From a virus, in IMG/VR virus record IMGVR_UViG_3300018044_000002, positions 2,682 to 66,681 of that record: 64,000 nucleotides of DNA; one strand, given 5' to 3'. Shown here piece by piece: positions 28,239-37,656 of this stretch. Each line of letters begins with the position of its first letter. The stretch's first letter is position 1. The notes beneath the pieces were generated by a model. The model was not told where the DNA came from, searched no databases, and saw nothing but the letters and a program-made list of their open reading frames with translations. Made by a program: the position numbers and the translations under genes.

Positions 28239-28708
28239 GGCAACCTCCGCGTAAACACGGAATGTGTCTGCCGGTATCCTGCGCGACGAGACAAAACCTT
28301 CTCCAACCTGCTGCCGATGATGGCCACGCCAGTAATGCCGATACAGCCATAATCCTCAGTGAACCGATCGGCTGCATCGAGGAGCAGGTCGCCTGCTCCG
28401 GTCGAGCGATAGGCAGGATCGACGAAGATGTTTTTGATCGTAGCAAGACACTTGCCTGGATGGTCAAGCATGGGTGTGAGAAGGAGTGCGGCGAACCCAA
28501 TCAGGCTGTCGTTCAGGTAGGCGGCAAAGCATTGGATCACACCGGTCTGTTCCATTGCTTCGTAGATCGCGCGCTGGGGGTCGGCGTCGGGGACAAGGCA
28601 TTCCTCGGCGTTGGCACGAAACAGGTCGGCAGAATTTGGGGCATCGAAAATAGCTGCGACAGAGACAGGAAGGATAGTGACCGAGATGGCTGATTCCGCG
28701 GCGATCAT
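28235..28708 (-). CDS. GNAT family acetyltransferase
   Basis: LIGFA, IFVDPAYRSTGAGDLLL. Confidence 0.8.
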   Translation of the reverse strand: MIAAESAISVTILPVSVAAIFDAPNSADLFRANAEECLVPDADPQRAIYEAMEQTGVIQCFAAYLNDSLIGFAALLLTPMLDHPGKCLATIKNIFVDPAYRSTGAGDLLLDAADRFTEDYGCIGITGVAIIGSRLEKVLSRRAGYRQTHSVFTRRLP

Positions 28709-29211
28709 TGATCTTCTCCAGTCAGTCCGTCCAGCCTGCCTACTCCCATCGACCCGGCGAAAGGCAGCAGAGTCGCGCTGGGGAGCGCAGCCACGATCCT
28801 CGCCAACTGAACCTCCTCGGGACGGTTATCCGCGAGCAGGGTCAGGAATCCAACGCAGCCTCGGGAGGCGGCCTCGGCGAAGACTTGCGGCAGCGCCTCC
28901 ATGATCCAGTTTAGCGGGATTTCGGGTGGAAGCGGAGAGAGGGAGAGAATTCGCCACAACACTATCCAGCCATGCGCGAAGGAACAGACGACGAGAGCGA
29001 AGGAGGCAGGTGGCGGTGCGGGCGGCGGCGTGTGTGGCGCGGTCAGGATCGAGATCGGCGACGGGTCGTCCGGAGGGTCGTCCGGCGGCGCAGACTCTAC
29101 CACCCAGCACCACTGCGGGTCGAGGTAAGGCATACCATGGTTGAGCAGGGTAGGGGGGAGGGTGTCAGCTTCTCCCTCACGAAGGTTGCGAACTTGGATA
29201 GCCTGAGTCAC
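28705..29211 (-). CDS. Hypothetical protein (possible GNAT-like fold)
   Basis: IQVRNLREGE N-terminus; ATGA coupling to the GNAT gene; start uncertain. Confidence 0.5.
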   Translation of the reverse strand: MTQAIQVRNLREGEADTLPPTLLNHGMPYLDPQWCWVVESAPPDDPPDDPSPISILTAPHTPPPAPPPASFALVVCSFAHGWIVLWRILSLSPLPPEIPLNWIMEALPQVFAEAASRGCVGFLTLLADNRPEEVQLARIVAALPSATLLPFAGSMGVGRLDGLTGEDQ

Positions 29212-29257
29212 AGAGTCTTTCTGGCACAAGAAAGTACACAATCAACCTAAAAAAGTC

Positions 29258-29286
29258 TTGACACGGAGCGCGAACTCTGCTTGAAT
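29258..29286 (+). promoter_or_regulatory. Promoter, leaderless configuration
   Basis: TTGACA-17-TTGAAT, A-tract upstream, ATG 6 nt downstream. Confidence 0.6.
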
Positions 29287-29292
29287 AAGGCA

Positions 29293-29586
29293 ATGCCAAA
29301 GACGACTACATTCTACATCAAATGCTCTGAAGAAGAGGCGGCAACGATCCGCGCAGCGGCCAAGATGAGGCAGAGAACGGTCCACAACTGGCTGCGAATG
29401 GTCGTGCTGTTTAAGGATGAGAGATTGGAACTAGACCCGCACAAAGCTAAGGTGTTCTTCGCCGGAGATCAGGAGTATATAGTGATTCCGGTTACGCGCG
29501 TTGGCTCTAACGTATTGCGACCGACGCTAGAAACAGGCCTGGAAATAATCATGGTTAGAAAACCGAAAGGTGAAGCCAACGTATGA
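29293..29586 (+). CDS. RHH-like DNA-binding protein
   Basis: TFYIKCSEEEAATIRAAAK..TVHNWLR. Confidence 0.6.
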   Translation: MPKTTTFYIKCSEEEAATIRAAAKMRQRTVHNWLRMVVLFKDERLELDPHKAKVFFAGDQEYIVIPVTRVGSNVLRPTLETGLEIIMVRKPKGEANV

Positions 29587-29921
29587 CAATTCATTTTCAG
29601 GCTCAGATCGACGACCCCGCCACGGAAGAACTTTTGCTTTGGCTGAAAGAGCGTTATGGCGAGAATTGGGTACACAAGTCTGTACTGCTGCGCTCAGCTC
29701 TGAGTTGGATGGAACTCCGAGCCCCACATGGATGCCTGAACGCGGCAGATCCGGTCATGTCTTTGCGAGTAGAATCGGGGGGTCAAGAGAAACTGAAATT
29801 TGGAATCTGCCCGGACTGCGGAGCCGACGGCAAAAAGCCAGGTACTCCCATGGCGCGCCGAAGTGGGTCCGGTAAATTGATGCCGGGCCATAAAGAAGGA
29901 GAACTTAATGAACTCAGTTAG
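29583..29921 (+). CDS. Hypothetical protein
   Basis: Coupled ORF containing CPDC. Confidence 0.55.
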   Translation: MTIHFQAQIDDPATEELLLWLKERYGENWVHKSVLLRSALSWMELRAPHGCLNAADPVMSLRVESGGQEKLKFGICPDCGADGKKPGTPMARRSGSGKLMPGHKEGELNELS

Positions 29922-30291
29922 CCCCGTTCTAACTGCTACTGAAAAACCTGATGAGCAGATGTATGCGGATAAAGATCCAAAAGATCCTTTATTCCTCCTC
30001 ACACGAGTGGGCTTCGATGATGGGAGCGTTGGTACACTTGTTCGCTTGCGCTTCACTCCCGAGGATCGTGAACTGATTGCCAAGGGGGCAGACCTTCTTA
30101 TCGGTCAATCAAACGGTAGACTCATGCCTCCAGTGCCAATCAGCGCGAAACTGGCTATGCCTGGAGAATACCCAAAAGAGGATCGAACCGACACGGCAAC
30201 GGAGCTGAATGACGCGATGATGGACATGAAGGAAGATGAAGGTATCGATATGTCGTTTTCGTTGCTGGGAGAGGTTGAAGATGCCGAATGA
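29908..30291 (+). CDS. Hypothetical protein
   Basis: RBS AAGGAG. Confidence 0.6.
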   Translation: MNSVSPVLTATEKPDEQMYADKDPKDPLFLLTRVGFDDGSVGTLVRLRFTPEDRELIAKGADLLIGQSNGRLMPPVPISAKLAMPGEYPKEDRTDTATELNDAMMDMKEDEGIDMSFSLLGEVEDAE

Positions 30292-30622
30292 CAATCGTAC
30301 CGACATGCAGGTTGTTTATTTGTGCAACGACAACGGAACTCTCCCCGGTCTGTGCCCCGCAGGGCTGTGCCATTACTGCAAAGAACTGTTCTACTGGAGT
30401 TCCGCGCACGATGCTGTCTATCATCGGCCACAGAACATCGAGGGTAAGGCAGACTGTCCTAATCGCGGAAAATGGTTCAAGATAGGCCCGATGATTGAGT
30501 TTGTCGTTGAGCCCGCCTACGTCCCTCCTAAGACGGCCTATGTGAAACCGGAGGCGATCGGACACACGCCCGCTTGGCCTAGCGAAGACGAGCAGCAAGA
30601 ACTCCCCGGCGGAGCATATTAA
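30281..30622 (+). CDS. Cys-rich hypothetical protein
   Basis: RBS GAGG; CHYC..H..C. Confidence 0.55.
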   Translation: MPNDNRTDMQVVYLCNDNGTLPGLCPAGLCHYCKELFYWSSAHDAVYHRPQNIEGKADCPNRGKWFKIGPMIEFVVEPAYVPPKTAYVKPEAIGHTPAWPSEDEQQELPGGAY

Positions 30623-30636
30623 GAGGAAGGACTCAA

Positions 30637-30975
30637 ATGAACAGACGCCAATTCATTCAGTTTCTAGCTGCGGCGGTCGCGGTAAGCGCAGCAACGACAT
30701 CGGCCTGTGCTGCGGCATACGCGGACTCTCCTGACTGCAAAAATCCAGAACACCCGGCGGGCGCATCCAAAAGGATGCTTTTCCTAGCGCATAAGGATCA
30801 TGCCCGCGTGTTTGGCTGCCAAGCATGCTGGGACAAAAACCGTGTACAGAGCGTTCAGGTAAAGACCGATCCCGACTACCGGCAGGAAGTTCGGAGTCAA
30901 CTCGCAGCACAGGGCCGATTATTGACGCAACACCCTGTAGTTATGCGTACCTCTTGGAAACGGACGAATACTTAA
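30637..30975 (+). CDS. Protein with a Tat-like signal, paralog of 49431-50033
   Basis: MNRRQFI; CKNPEHP..HARVFGCQAC. Confidence 0.65.
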   Translation: MNRRQFIQFLAAAVAVSAATTSACAAAYADSPDCKNPEHPAGASKRMLFLAHKDHARVFGCQACWDKNRVQSVQVKTDPDYRQEVRSQLAAQGRLLTQHPVVMRTSWKRTNT

Positions 30976-30994
30976 AAACAAAAGCTAAGGAAAT

Positions 30995-31231
30995 ATGAAC
31001 TGCAATGTAGAAACTTGTCCTCACAAAGCCCAATTTGTTTACACCGCTTCAGTGTCCAAGCGGCAAGTCTATGCTTGTGCTTACCACATAGCTCCTTTCC
31101 GGTATTACGTCCAGTTCGGCGCGACAGTCGATAAAATTGAAGAACCTGCTAAGAAAGTTTCAAGGTGTGGCAGGAATACAAGTATAATCATAAGCGACAC
31201 ACCCGCCAAGCCTATCCCTGGAAACAGGTGA
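30995..31231 (+). CDS. Hypothetical protein
   Basis: RBS AAGGA plus ATG. Confidence 0.5.
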   Translation: MNCNVETCPHKAQFVYTASVSKRQVYACAYHIAPFRYYVQFGATVDKIEEPAKKVSRCGRNTSIIISDTPAKPIPGNR

Positions 31232-31261
31232 CGCTCAAATCGGCGGGTTTTTCATTTTGGC

Positions 31262-31615
31262 TCACGAGATGATCCTCCGGGCCAAAGCGCTCTTCGGTGA
31301 GACGGCCCATGGGCCAGGCCATGGATTTTTCCGGCAAGCGAGGTTGGCTAGTGTAAGCGCCAACTTGGTTTCAGTCATGCGCTGACTTTGAATGACGCTT
31401 TCGCCAGTGTCCATGTCTTGACACGACACCAACGGGCGGCGTAGTCGCCAACGGTTGCCGAGGCTGATCCACACTATCAGACGGTTGTCGAATATGAAGG
31501 TAATGACATTGTCGCTACCTTCTCCGGTGTACCCCATTGCATGATATGGAAATATCTCCACGGCGGAAGTGCGTTTGCGTATGTTCCCCGTTTTGCGCAC
31601 GGTGTCTTTTTTCAC
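31262..31615 (-). CDS. Hypothetical protein ending in a copy of the tail gene C-terminus
   Basis: GTG overlaps the upstream TGA; ends WAVSPKSALARRIIS. Confidence 0.5.
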   Translation of the reverse strand: MKKDTVRKTGNIRKRTSAVEIFPYHAMGYTGEGSDNVITFIFDNRLIVWISLGNRWRLRRPLVSCQDMDTGESVIQSQRMTETKLALTLANLACRKNPWPGPWAVSPKSALARRIIS

Positions 31616-33936
31616 GAAATGATCCTCCTCGCCTGCGCCGACTTCGGCACGACACTCCAATCGATCGAGTCGATCACTCCGGCCGCGCCACCGTTATTCC
31701 CCGAGATGTCCAAGTGCGCCCGCTGCCCGGACCTCATGATATTGACCCTCGCGACGAACATCGAATCCCCTTGCGGGACGACGTCTATCGCGCACGAGCC
31801 AAGGTTAGTCCCGTCGAGCCAGAGCGCGGCGATGATCGAGTTGACCATCGCTACCGATCCGTACCCGGTGATCGTGGCCTGCTCGTAGAATATCCTCTGA
31901 GTCTGGCCCTCGCCGAACACGTCCGGGGTGCGGAAGGACCACTGGACCGTAGACTGGTCCTCGGCACCTTGATCCCAGTTTCGATCTCCGGCTTGCAAGC
32001 GCTGGACCGTGCCATCGGATTTTCCGGCAAGGACCAGCGGCGAACCCTCGCCGACAGACAGCGCAGCCAGCGAGTCAATCGCCCACGGCAGGTCCAGCAC
32101 AGCCCATGCCTTCATCACCATGTCGTAGCAGAACAGGCGGGTGAGCTGGCCGGCGGCTCCGGCCAGTGGCATCGCACAGAGGTACATCGGCGGCGTGGTA
32201 GTCTGTGCCGATACCGACCGATAGACAAAAGTCTGATCGACTGGAGTCAGGTCCGACTCCGAGTCCACCCCGCCGAACAGGTACGGTCGAATATCCTCCG
32301 AGATCAGCCGGTCGTTGATCCCATCGAACACGGCAAACCCAAGGTGGGTCCAGCGGCAGACTCCGAAGCCGGGCAGGAACTGGATCGACCGGGCAGCCAG
32401 ACAGCCAAGATTGGTCTGCGCCGGTTGAATCTCGAATGAGGTCGAGCCGAACACTCCGATCACCTGGTAGGTGGTGTACTCCTTGAAAACGCAGAGGGAG
32501 CCGGTGGGGGAGATTCCGAGGGCGGCGATCGTAAACGGTTGCAGGCCGGTGATCTGCGTCCCGTCGTCTCGTCCAATGAAAGCAGTGTTCAGCGGATTCC
32601 ACGAGTTAGGGTTGTTCGAGTCCGACATTTTCAGGCAGGTAGGTCCGTCTATGCCATCGGAGGTGGTAGTCGGGTAGGTGTTGGCAAGCCATAGCGAACC
32701 GGCGTAGGAGACAGCGTGCGCGGCTCCGTGTGGCGCAGTCGTGGCTACTATCGGACCTTGCGATGTCCAGACTACGGTGCCGTCGACAGTCTGGTCGCCG
32801 AGAGTGGTTTGCCAGGCAGGGGGTCCTGGGGTCTGCGATACTCCTCCCTGGGTCGCAACGAAATAGGTCCCGGCGCCATCAGTCACAGTCGAGCCGGTCA
32901 GCCAGGCGACGGCCGCCTGCCAGGTCGGATAGGCGGCGGTGAAGGTGTTGGCGAGCGGGACAGGCGCGGAGGGAGGTACGCCAGAGGAAGGATCGTAGGC
33001 CACGGGTGGCAGGCCGTTGCCTAGGATAACGATGGTCTGCCCGGCGAACTGGATCTGGGTCGGGATCGGGCAGGCGATGCCGACCAGCCCGCCGTACGGC
33101 GAGTAGCCGGGGTAGAGTGCCGCCGGGTTGAACTGCGGGTCGCCGATCGGCAGCGGCGCGGGCAGGGGAGCAAGCGCCGGGAAAACATTGTGGTTGGCCG
33201 TAGAGAGGGAGTTGCCTGGGTGGACCAGGTTATATCCGAACGCGATCTCGTAGTAAAGGTCGATCAGGGAGAGGTACTGGGTTGAGTTCTGCCACGGCGC
33301 GACGGTGTTGGGGTTGGGAAGCAAGCCAGAGGGGGTCGTGAAGGTGGTCACGTTGGCTGCGACCGTGCCGAGCAGGTTGCCGTAAAACCCCGCTACGAGG
33401 CTGATCGGCAGCACGCTAAGCCCGAGGAACCAGATTTGATAGCCGCCATTCCCGGCGAGATTGGTCCAGTTCAAGGTTACCGTGTTGAACGCGCTCGGGA
33501 CGAACTGCTCGGCCGCCGCGCCGGGAGACAGGATAGAGGTCGTGCCGCCTGAGGTAGGGTCCAGCGCGACTATGGCGAAGGTGTAGTAGAACCCGTCTGG
33601 GTTGGGGTTGCTGCCTCCAGTAGCCGTGAGGATCGTCGTGCCGACCACGCCGGAGAGGACCGGGGAGGGGAGTTGGTCGATAAAGGTCAGCACGGGTGGG
33701 TACTGGCCGATGCCAAGCGTGGGGTTGGCTTTGGAGAAGGCCGAGATCGAGAGCGCGGGGCCGGGGAGAGTGAGGGAGTTAGCGATGGGGGCCGAGCCGT
33801 CGGCGGTTTGGAGCGAGCCACGCTGAGTCATCAGCAGATTACTCATGCGGGAGAGGGCTCCGGGGGGTTGGGAGAGGACTCCGGTGGAACTAACCAATTT
33901 TGAAAACTTTTTTTGACTTATGATCCGGGCAGGCAC
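31612..33936 (-). CDS. Tail nozzle / tail tubular protein B-like
   Basis: Size, beta-rich sequence, LCVFKE..IG, GC, ISEDIRPY; synteny; GTG after GGAGG. Confidence 0.7.
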   Translation of the reverse strand: MPARIISQKKFSKLVSSTGVLSQPPGALSRMSNLLMTQRGSLQTADGSAPIANSLTLPGPALSISAFSKANPTLGIGQYPPVLTFIDQLPSPVLSGVVGTTILTATGGSNPNPDGFYYTFAIVALDPTSGGTTSILSPGAAAEQFVPSAFNTVTLNWTNLAGNGGYQIWFLGLSVLPISLVAGFYGNLLGTVAANVTTFTTPSGLLPNPNTVAPWQNSTQYLSLIDLYYEIAFGYNLVHPGNSLSTANHNVFPALAPLPAPLPIGDPQFNPAALYPGYSPYGGLVGIACPIPTQIQFAGQTIVILGNGLPPVAYDPSSGVPPSAPVPLANTFTAAYPTWQAAVAWLTGSTVTDGAGTYFVATQGGVSQTPGPPAWQTTLGDQTVDGTVVWTSQGPIVATTAPHGAAHAVSYAGSLWLANTYPTTTSDGIDGPTCLKMSDSNNPNSWNPLNTAFIGRDDGTQITGLQPFTIAALGISPTGSLCVFKEYTTYQVIGVFGSTSFEIQPAQTNLGCLAARSIQFLPGFGVCRWTHLGFAVFDGINDRLISEDIRPYLFGGVDSESDLTPVDQTFVYRSVSAQTTTPPMYLCAMPLAGAAGQLTRLFCYDMVMKAWAVLDLPWAIDSLAALSVGEGSPLVLAGKSDGTVQRLQAGDRNWDQGAEDQSTVQWSFRTPDVFGEGQTQRIFYEQATITGYGSVAMVNSIIAALWLDGTNLGSCAIDVVPQGDSMFVARVNIMRSGQRAHLDISGNNGGAAGVIDSIDWSVVPKSAQARRIIS

Positions 33937-34493
33937 ACACCCTCCAGACAAGCGAACTCACCATGCAGTTCTTTGGCTGCTGTACAGTATGCTGCATAGG
34001 CTTCTAGTTCTGTTAGAAAGTAGCCAAGAAATTTCCTCTTCCGGTCTACAGTAATGGTCGAGCACCATCTACCACTCGTTTCCGACTTTCTCCATTTCTG
34101 CCAAAACACTCCTTTATACTTGGATTTTCCATTACACTTGGCTCTCTGATTGTGCATACTCTGCACGCGCGTACACGCACGCAAGTTATTATCGGTGTTA
34201 TCCAAAGTGTTGTGGTTGATGTGATCAGCTTGACGCGGATCGGTGGCATCTAAGCCAATAACTTCTCTAGCCATGGACACAGCCAATGACTTGTACTTTC
34301 CATTAACCTTACCCAAGTATTCCGAACGATACGCATAGAAAGAATGAGTACAAGGATTCCACTGCGCGTGCCACTTATACTGCATGGCCCATTCGTAACG
34401 ATGGGCGCTAATCAGTGCAAATTGTCCTTGGGTTAGCGGGATAAGTCGAATATCATCGACTTGGGGGCAGGTTTCCTGTTCAAGCAGGTTCAT
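33918..34493 (-). CDS. HNH-AP2 homing endonuclease
   Basis: IPLTQG, DHINHNTLDNTDNNLR, SKYKGV, LGYF..EAYAAY..LHGEFA. Confidence 0.92.
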   Translation of the reverse strand: MNLLEQETCPQVDDIRLIPLTQGQFALISAHRYEWAMQYKWHAQWNPCTHSFYAYRSEYLGKVNGKYKSLAVSMAREVIGLDATDPRQADHINHNTLDNTDNNLRACTRVQSMHNQRAKCNGKSKYKGVFWQKWRKSETSGRWCSTITVDRKRKFLGYFLTELEAYAAYCTAAKELHGEFACLEGVCLPGS

Positions 34494-34584
34494 TGGCACG
34501 CCTCCTAAGCGTGTTAAGCTTGCCCTCATTATACACCGAATCCTACGCATTGTAACCTCAAATAAGACATTTAGAATCAGATAT

Positions 34585-35898
34585 TTACGGCAAAATCACG
34601 CCCCCGAAAAATCCTCCAAGTCCCGAGCACACCTCCGGTCCCCCAGCCCCGCCAGCCTGCACCCGCTGCCGTGTCATCACCTGCCGGTTGCCCTTGATCG
34701 CCAAAGCCTTCTGCTCGACGGATTTGAGCAGCGCGGCCTGACCCTCGACATCTTGCTCAGCTCCCTTGAACCGCGACGAGAGGTAATCCTTCAAGGCGTC
34801 GATCCAAGCAGGCGGCAACCCAAGCTGCTGCCCCGCCTGCCCCCGCGTGTAGTGCGTCGGATAGCGCAAGCCAGTCAAGTATAGGTTGCATTCGAGCAGG
34901 GGAGTGCCGTTGGGCCATGCCTGCGCAAAGGTTCCTCCCATGCCGCGGGTGACTCCAGTTAGCTGGTTAGGTCCACTGCCTGAGTTGCCTGAGTAGTAGA
35001 CCAGTTCGCACGCGGAAGGGTCGGCGGGATAAGGGCCAAGCAAGGCCAATCCGAATCCAAGCTGCCAGCCGGTCGCGCCGAGTACATAGGGAATTGAGGT
35101 CGCGGTCGCGGGAAGGAGTCCAGAGAGAGCAAAAACAGTACCCGCGCCGGAGGTTCGGCTGGATTGTGGATAGAACTCGACCTGCTGGATGACAGAATCC
35201 TGGTTCAGCACACCCGTTCCGCTGATCCCTACGACGTTCGAGTGGCGGAAGATGTCGGACTTGTTGCCTGACGTCATCGGCCAGCCGTCGTAGAATTGGT
35301 TGTCGATCTTGCGCCAGTTAGAGATCAGTTGGTACTGGGCCTGGCCGGAGGTGGAGGGGATGCCTGTGATGTCGCGGATGCCTTCAGTCAGACCAGTCAG
35401 TACGTCCAGCCCCTCGTTGATCCACCTGTACAACGCCGCCGCCGACAGCGCCGTCCCGTCCGTATCCGGCAGCCAGGCCGACGAGCGCGACGGCGGGAAC
35501 CCTGGAGTGATCGTGCCTTGGCCTGCCGCCGTCCCGGACAGGTTGAACTGGAGCGAGAACACGCCCTGTCCGCCAGCCGGGATCGTGTACGAGGAATAGC
35601 GGTCTTCGAGGTTGCTGCCCGCGAGGGTAAAGTAGACACGGAGCGAGGTCGCAGCAAACGAGCAGGTCCCGGTCAGCGTGAAGGACGAGCCGATTGCGCC
35701 GTTGGTCAGGGCGATTTCGGTCGAGTCGGCAGATTCGCCCCAAGGGGTGAGTTGCGAGACGGTGAACCAGATCGGGAGGGAGCCGGGAGGGGCAGCGACG
35801 GCACCGACGGAGGCGGGCGGAGGGAGCGAGGAGGGCGGGTCTGCGCTTTGCTCGCGCAGGGCCATCAAAGCATCGCCGACCAGTGACCACTGACTCAT
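34585..35898 (-). CDS. Head-tail adaptor / tail tubular protein A-like
   Basis: LYRWINEGL, GQAQYQL, LPPAWIDAL; located after the capsid genes. Confidence 0.55.
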   Translation of the reverse strand: MSQWSLVGDALMALREQSADPPSSLPPPASVGAVAAPPGSLPIWFTVSQLTPWGESADSTEIALTNGAIGSSFTLTGTCSFAATSLRVYFTLAGSNLEDRYSSYTIPAGGQGVFSLQFNLSGTAAGQGTITPGFPPSRSSAWLPDTDGTALSAAALYRWINEGLDVLTGLTEGIRDITGIPSTSGQAQYQLISNWRKIDNQFYDGWPMTSGNKSDIFRHSNVVGISGTGVLNQDSVIQQVEFYPQSSRTSGAGTVFALSGLLPATATSIPYVLGATGWQLGFGLALLGPYPADPSACELVYYSGNSGSGPNQLTGVTRGMGGTFAQAWPNGTPLLECNLYLTGLRYPTHYTRGQAGQQLGLPPAWIDALKDYLSSRFKGAEQDVEGQAALLKSVEQKALAIKGNRQVMTRQRVQAGGAGGPEVCSGLGGFFGGVILP

Positions 35899-35909
35899 TC
35901 GACCCTCCT

Positions 35910-35951
35910 AATAAAAATGGCGGTCACTCCCGGTCAGGTAGAGTGACCGCC
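35910..35951 (-). terminator. Intrinsic terminator after the capsid operon
   Basis: 11-bp stem GGCGGTCACTC/GAGTGACCGCC followed by a T-run on the - strand. Confidence 0.75.
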
Positions 35952-35997
35952 GTTGATGGAGCAAGCAGCGGCGAACGGCAGCAGCGAAGGACCTAGC

Positions 35998-36432
35998 TCA
36001 CACGAGCGAGACTTCAGCGTCGATCGGCACCAAGGTCGAGGTCCCCGTGCTCAGCCCAACGACGAACCAAACCTGCGTGATCGCCACGTCGGTCTTGAAC
36101 TCGCCAGTGTAGTCGACGTTGCCGCCGGCTGCGGCGACCGGGATCGTGGCGACGGTCCACAAGGTGTTGCCGTCAGTGACCTGCACGGCGAGCGAGAGCA
36201 CCGAGGTCGAGGTTGCGCCGACCAGCCGGAGGTGCCACTTGCCAGAGGTCGGAGTCGGGCCGCCAGAGAGGTTGAACCCGGTGCCGCCGGTTACGGGCGT
36301 GGTCGCGGTGTTACCGATGATGATCGTGACGGCGGAGGTGTTCGAGGTGCCGGAACTGGCTGACCCATAGTAACTCGGCGAGCCGAATCCCGGCATACAT
36401 TGGGAGACTGGATTCTGGAACGGTAAGGGCAT
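35998..36432 (-). CDS. Putative capsid decoration protein
   Basis: Small beta-rich T/G/V protein directly after the major capsid gene. Confidence 0.55.
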   Translation of the reverse strand: MPLPFQNPVSQCMPGFGSPSYYGSASSGTSNTSAVTIIIGNTATTPVTGGTGFNLSGGPTPTSGKWHLRLVGATSTSVLSLAVQVTDGNTLWTVATIPVAAAGGNVDYTGEFKTDVAITQVWFVVGLSTGTSTLVPIDAEVSLV

Positions 36433-36507
36433 GAGGAATCTCCTTGGGGGAGGAGGGGGAAGGTTGAATCTAGGCCGAGCCTAGTCTGCCTCCCCCTCCG
36501 GCTCGGG

Positions 36508-37494
36508 TTAGGTGATCGAGGTGATCGCCACGTTCATGCGCGGCGAGATGCACGACAAGTTCCAGGTCAGGTACATGCACGAGACCAGAACGCGCTGGTT
36601 GCTTGGCTTGAGGAACGGGTCAACGTTGAAGTAGTCCGCCTCGTGGAACACGGGGAAGATGTACTTCGAGTTGAGGAGGAGGGCCTGGTTGGCGGTCGAG
36701 AAGTAGTCGGCCACGGTCACCGCGTTATTGAACAGGAAGTGGTTGCGGAAGCCGACCTGCAAGGCTTCGTCGTCCTGCATCCCCTGCCCGAAGCGGATGT
36801 TGGCGACGAACTGGTTCTTGAACGCGGCGTAGGAGGTACGGTTCATCACGAACAGGTCTGGCTCGTCGTAGCCCCAGGTGACGGACTGGTAGGCGGGCTC
36901 GGCCGTGGTCGAGGAGAGGGCGGTGGAACCACCTGAAGCAGCGGTTGCAGGCAGCCACCACGCATTCGCCGAGGAAGCGCGGTTGATCCCGGCGATGGTG
37001 TTGGTGGTCGAGACTACCCACGAGTTCAGATCGTCGACGTCCAGAGAGGTGTTCTGCGGCGAACTGTGCCACAAGGCGCGCGAGAGTTTCTGGAGGAACG
37101 AGCCTGAAGCAGTCTGGAACTTCGCCCGGATAATATCCAGGTTGTTCGACCCGCCGCGGTTCAGGATGATGTCGGTGATCGGGATGACTACGGGCTGACG
37201 GTACGGCTTCCATTGCTGGTTCGCCGGCTGCACCGAGTCAACAACCGAGGTGTCTAGAAGCTGGTCGCCGTAGTAGGCGCCACCGGGCAGTTCCTCCTGG
37301 TAGATCTCAGGGAAGATCAGTTCGCCCGCGCCGAAGCGTTTCCCCTCGCGAGTCAGCGCCCAGAATACAGGCGAGGGCTTGAAAACGTTGTCGCCGAGAA
37401 CCGGGACGATAAACTTCTGGGAGATCGCGTTAACGGTGTTCGAGAGCTGTACCGGCGGCGATGCTAGTCCCAGTCCAACCACGCTATTGGCCAT
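36508..37494 (-). CDS. Major capsid protein
   Basis: 328 aa; LGDNVFKPSP, IAGINR, PDLFVM, C-terminal NLSCISPR; synteny; biased codon use. Confidence 0.82.
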   Translation of the reverse strand: MANSVVGLGLASPPVQLSNTVNAISQKFIVPVLGDNVFKPSPVFWALTREGKRFGAGELIFPEIYQEELPGGAYYGDQLLDTSVVDSVQPANQQWKPYRQPVVIPITDIILNRGGSNNLDIIRAKFQTASGSFLQKLSRALWHSSPQNTSLDVDDLNSWVVSTTNTIAGINRASSANAWWLPATAASGGSTALSSTTAEPAYQSVTWGYDEPDLFVMNRTSYAAFKNQFVANIRFGQGMQDDEALQVGFRNHFLFNNAVTVADYFSTANQALLLNSKYIFPVFHEADYFNVDPFLKPSNQRVLVSCMYLTWNLSCISPRMNVAITSIT

Positions 37495-37656
37495 GATGGC
37501 TGCTCCTGGTCCAGGCGAGGAGGTGGAAGGGGGAGGTCACCGAGCGCCGGACGGGTTAGGGTGCGGTTAAGGTCGGAGGAGGCGGCGCGGGGGAGGGCCG
37601 GGTCCCAGGAAAACTTGCGCGGGCCGGGCGAACTGCCTGGCCCGGTTACTGCACGG

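Noticed and set aside
31202-31258. Intrinsic terminator ending in GGCGGGTTTTT
   Set aside because: The complementary arm is about 35 nt away and the local stem is weak.
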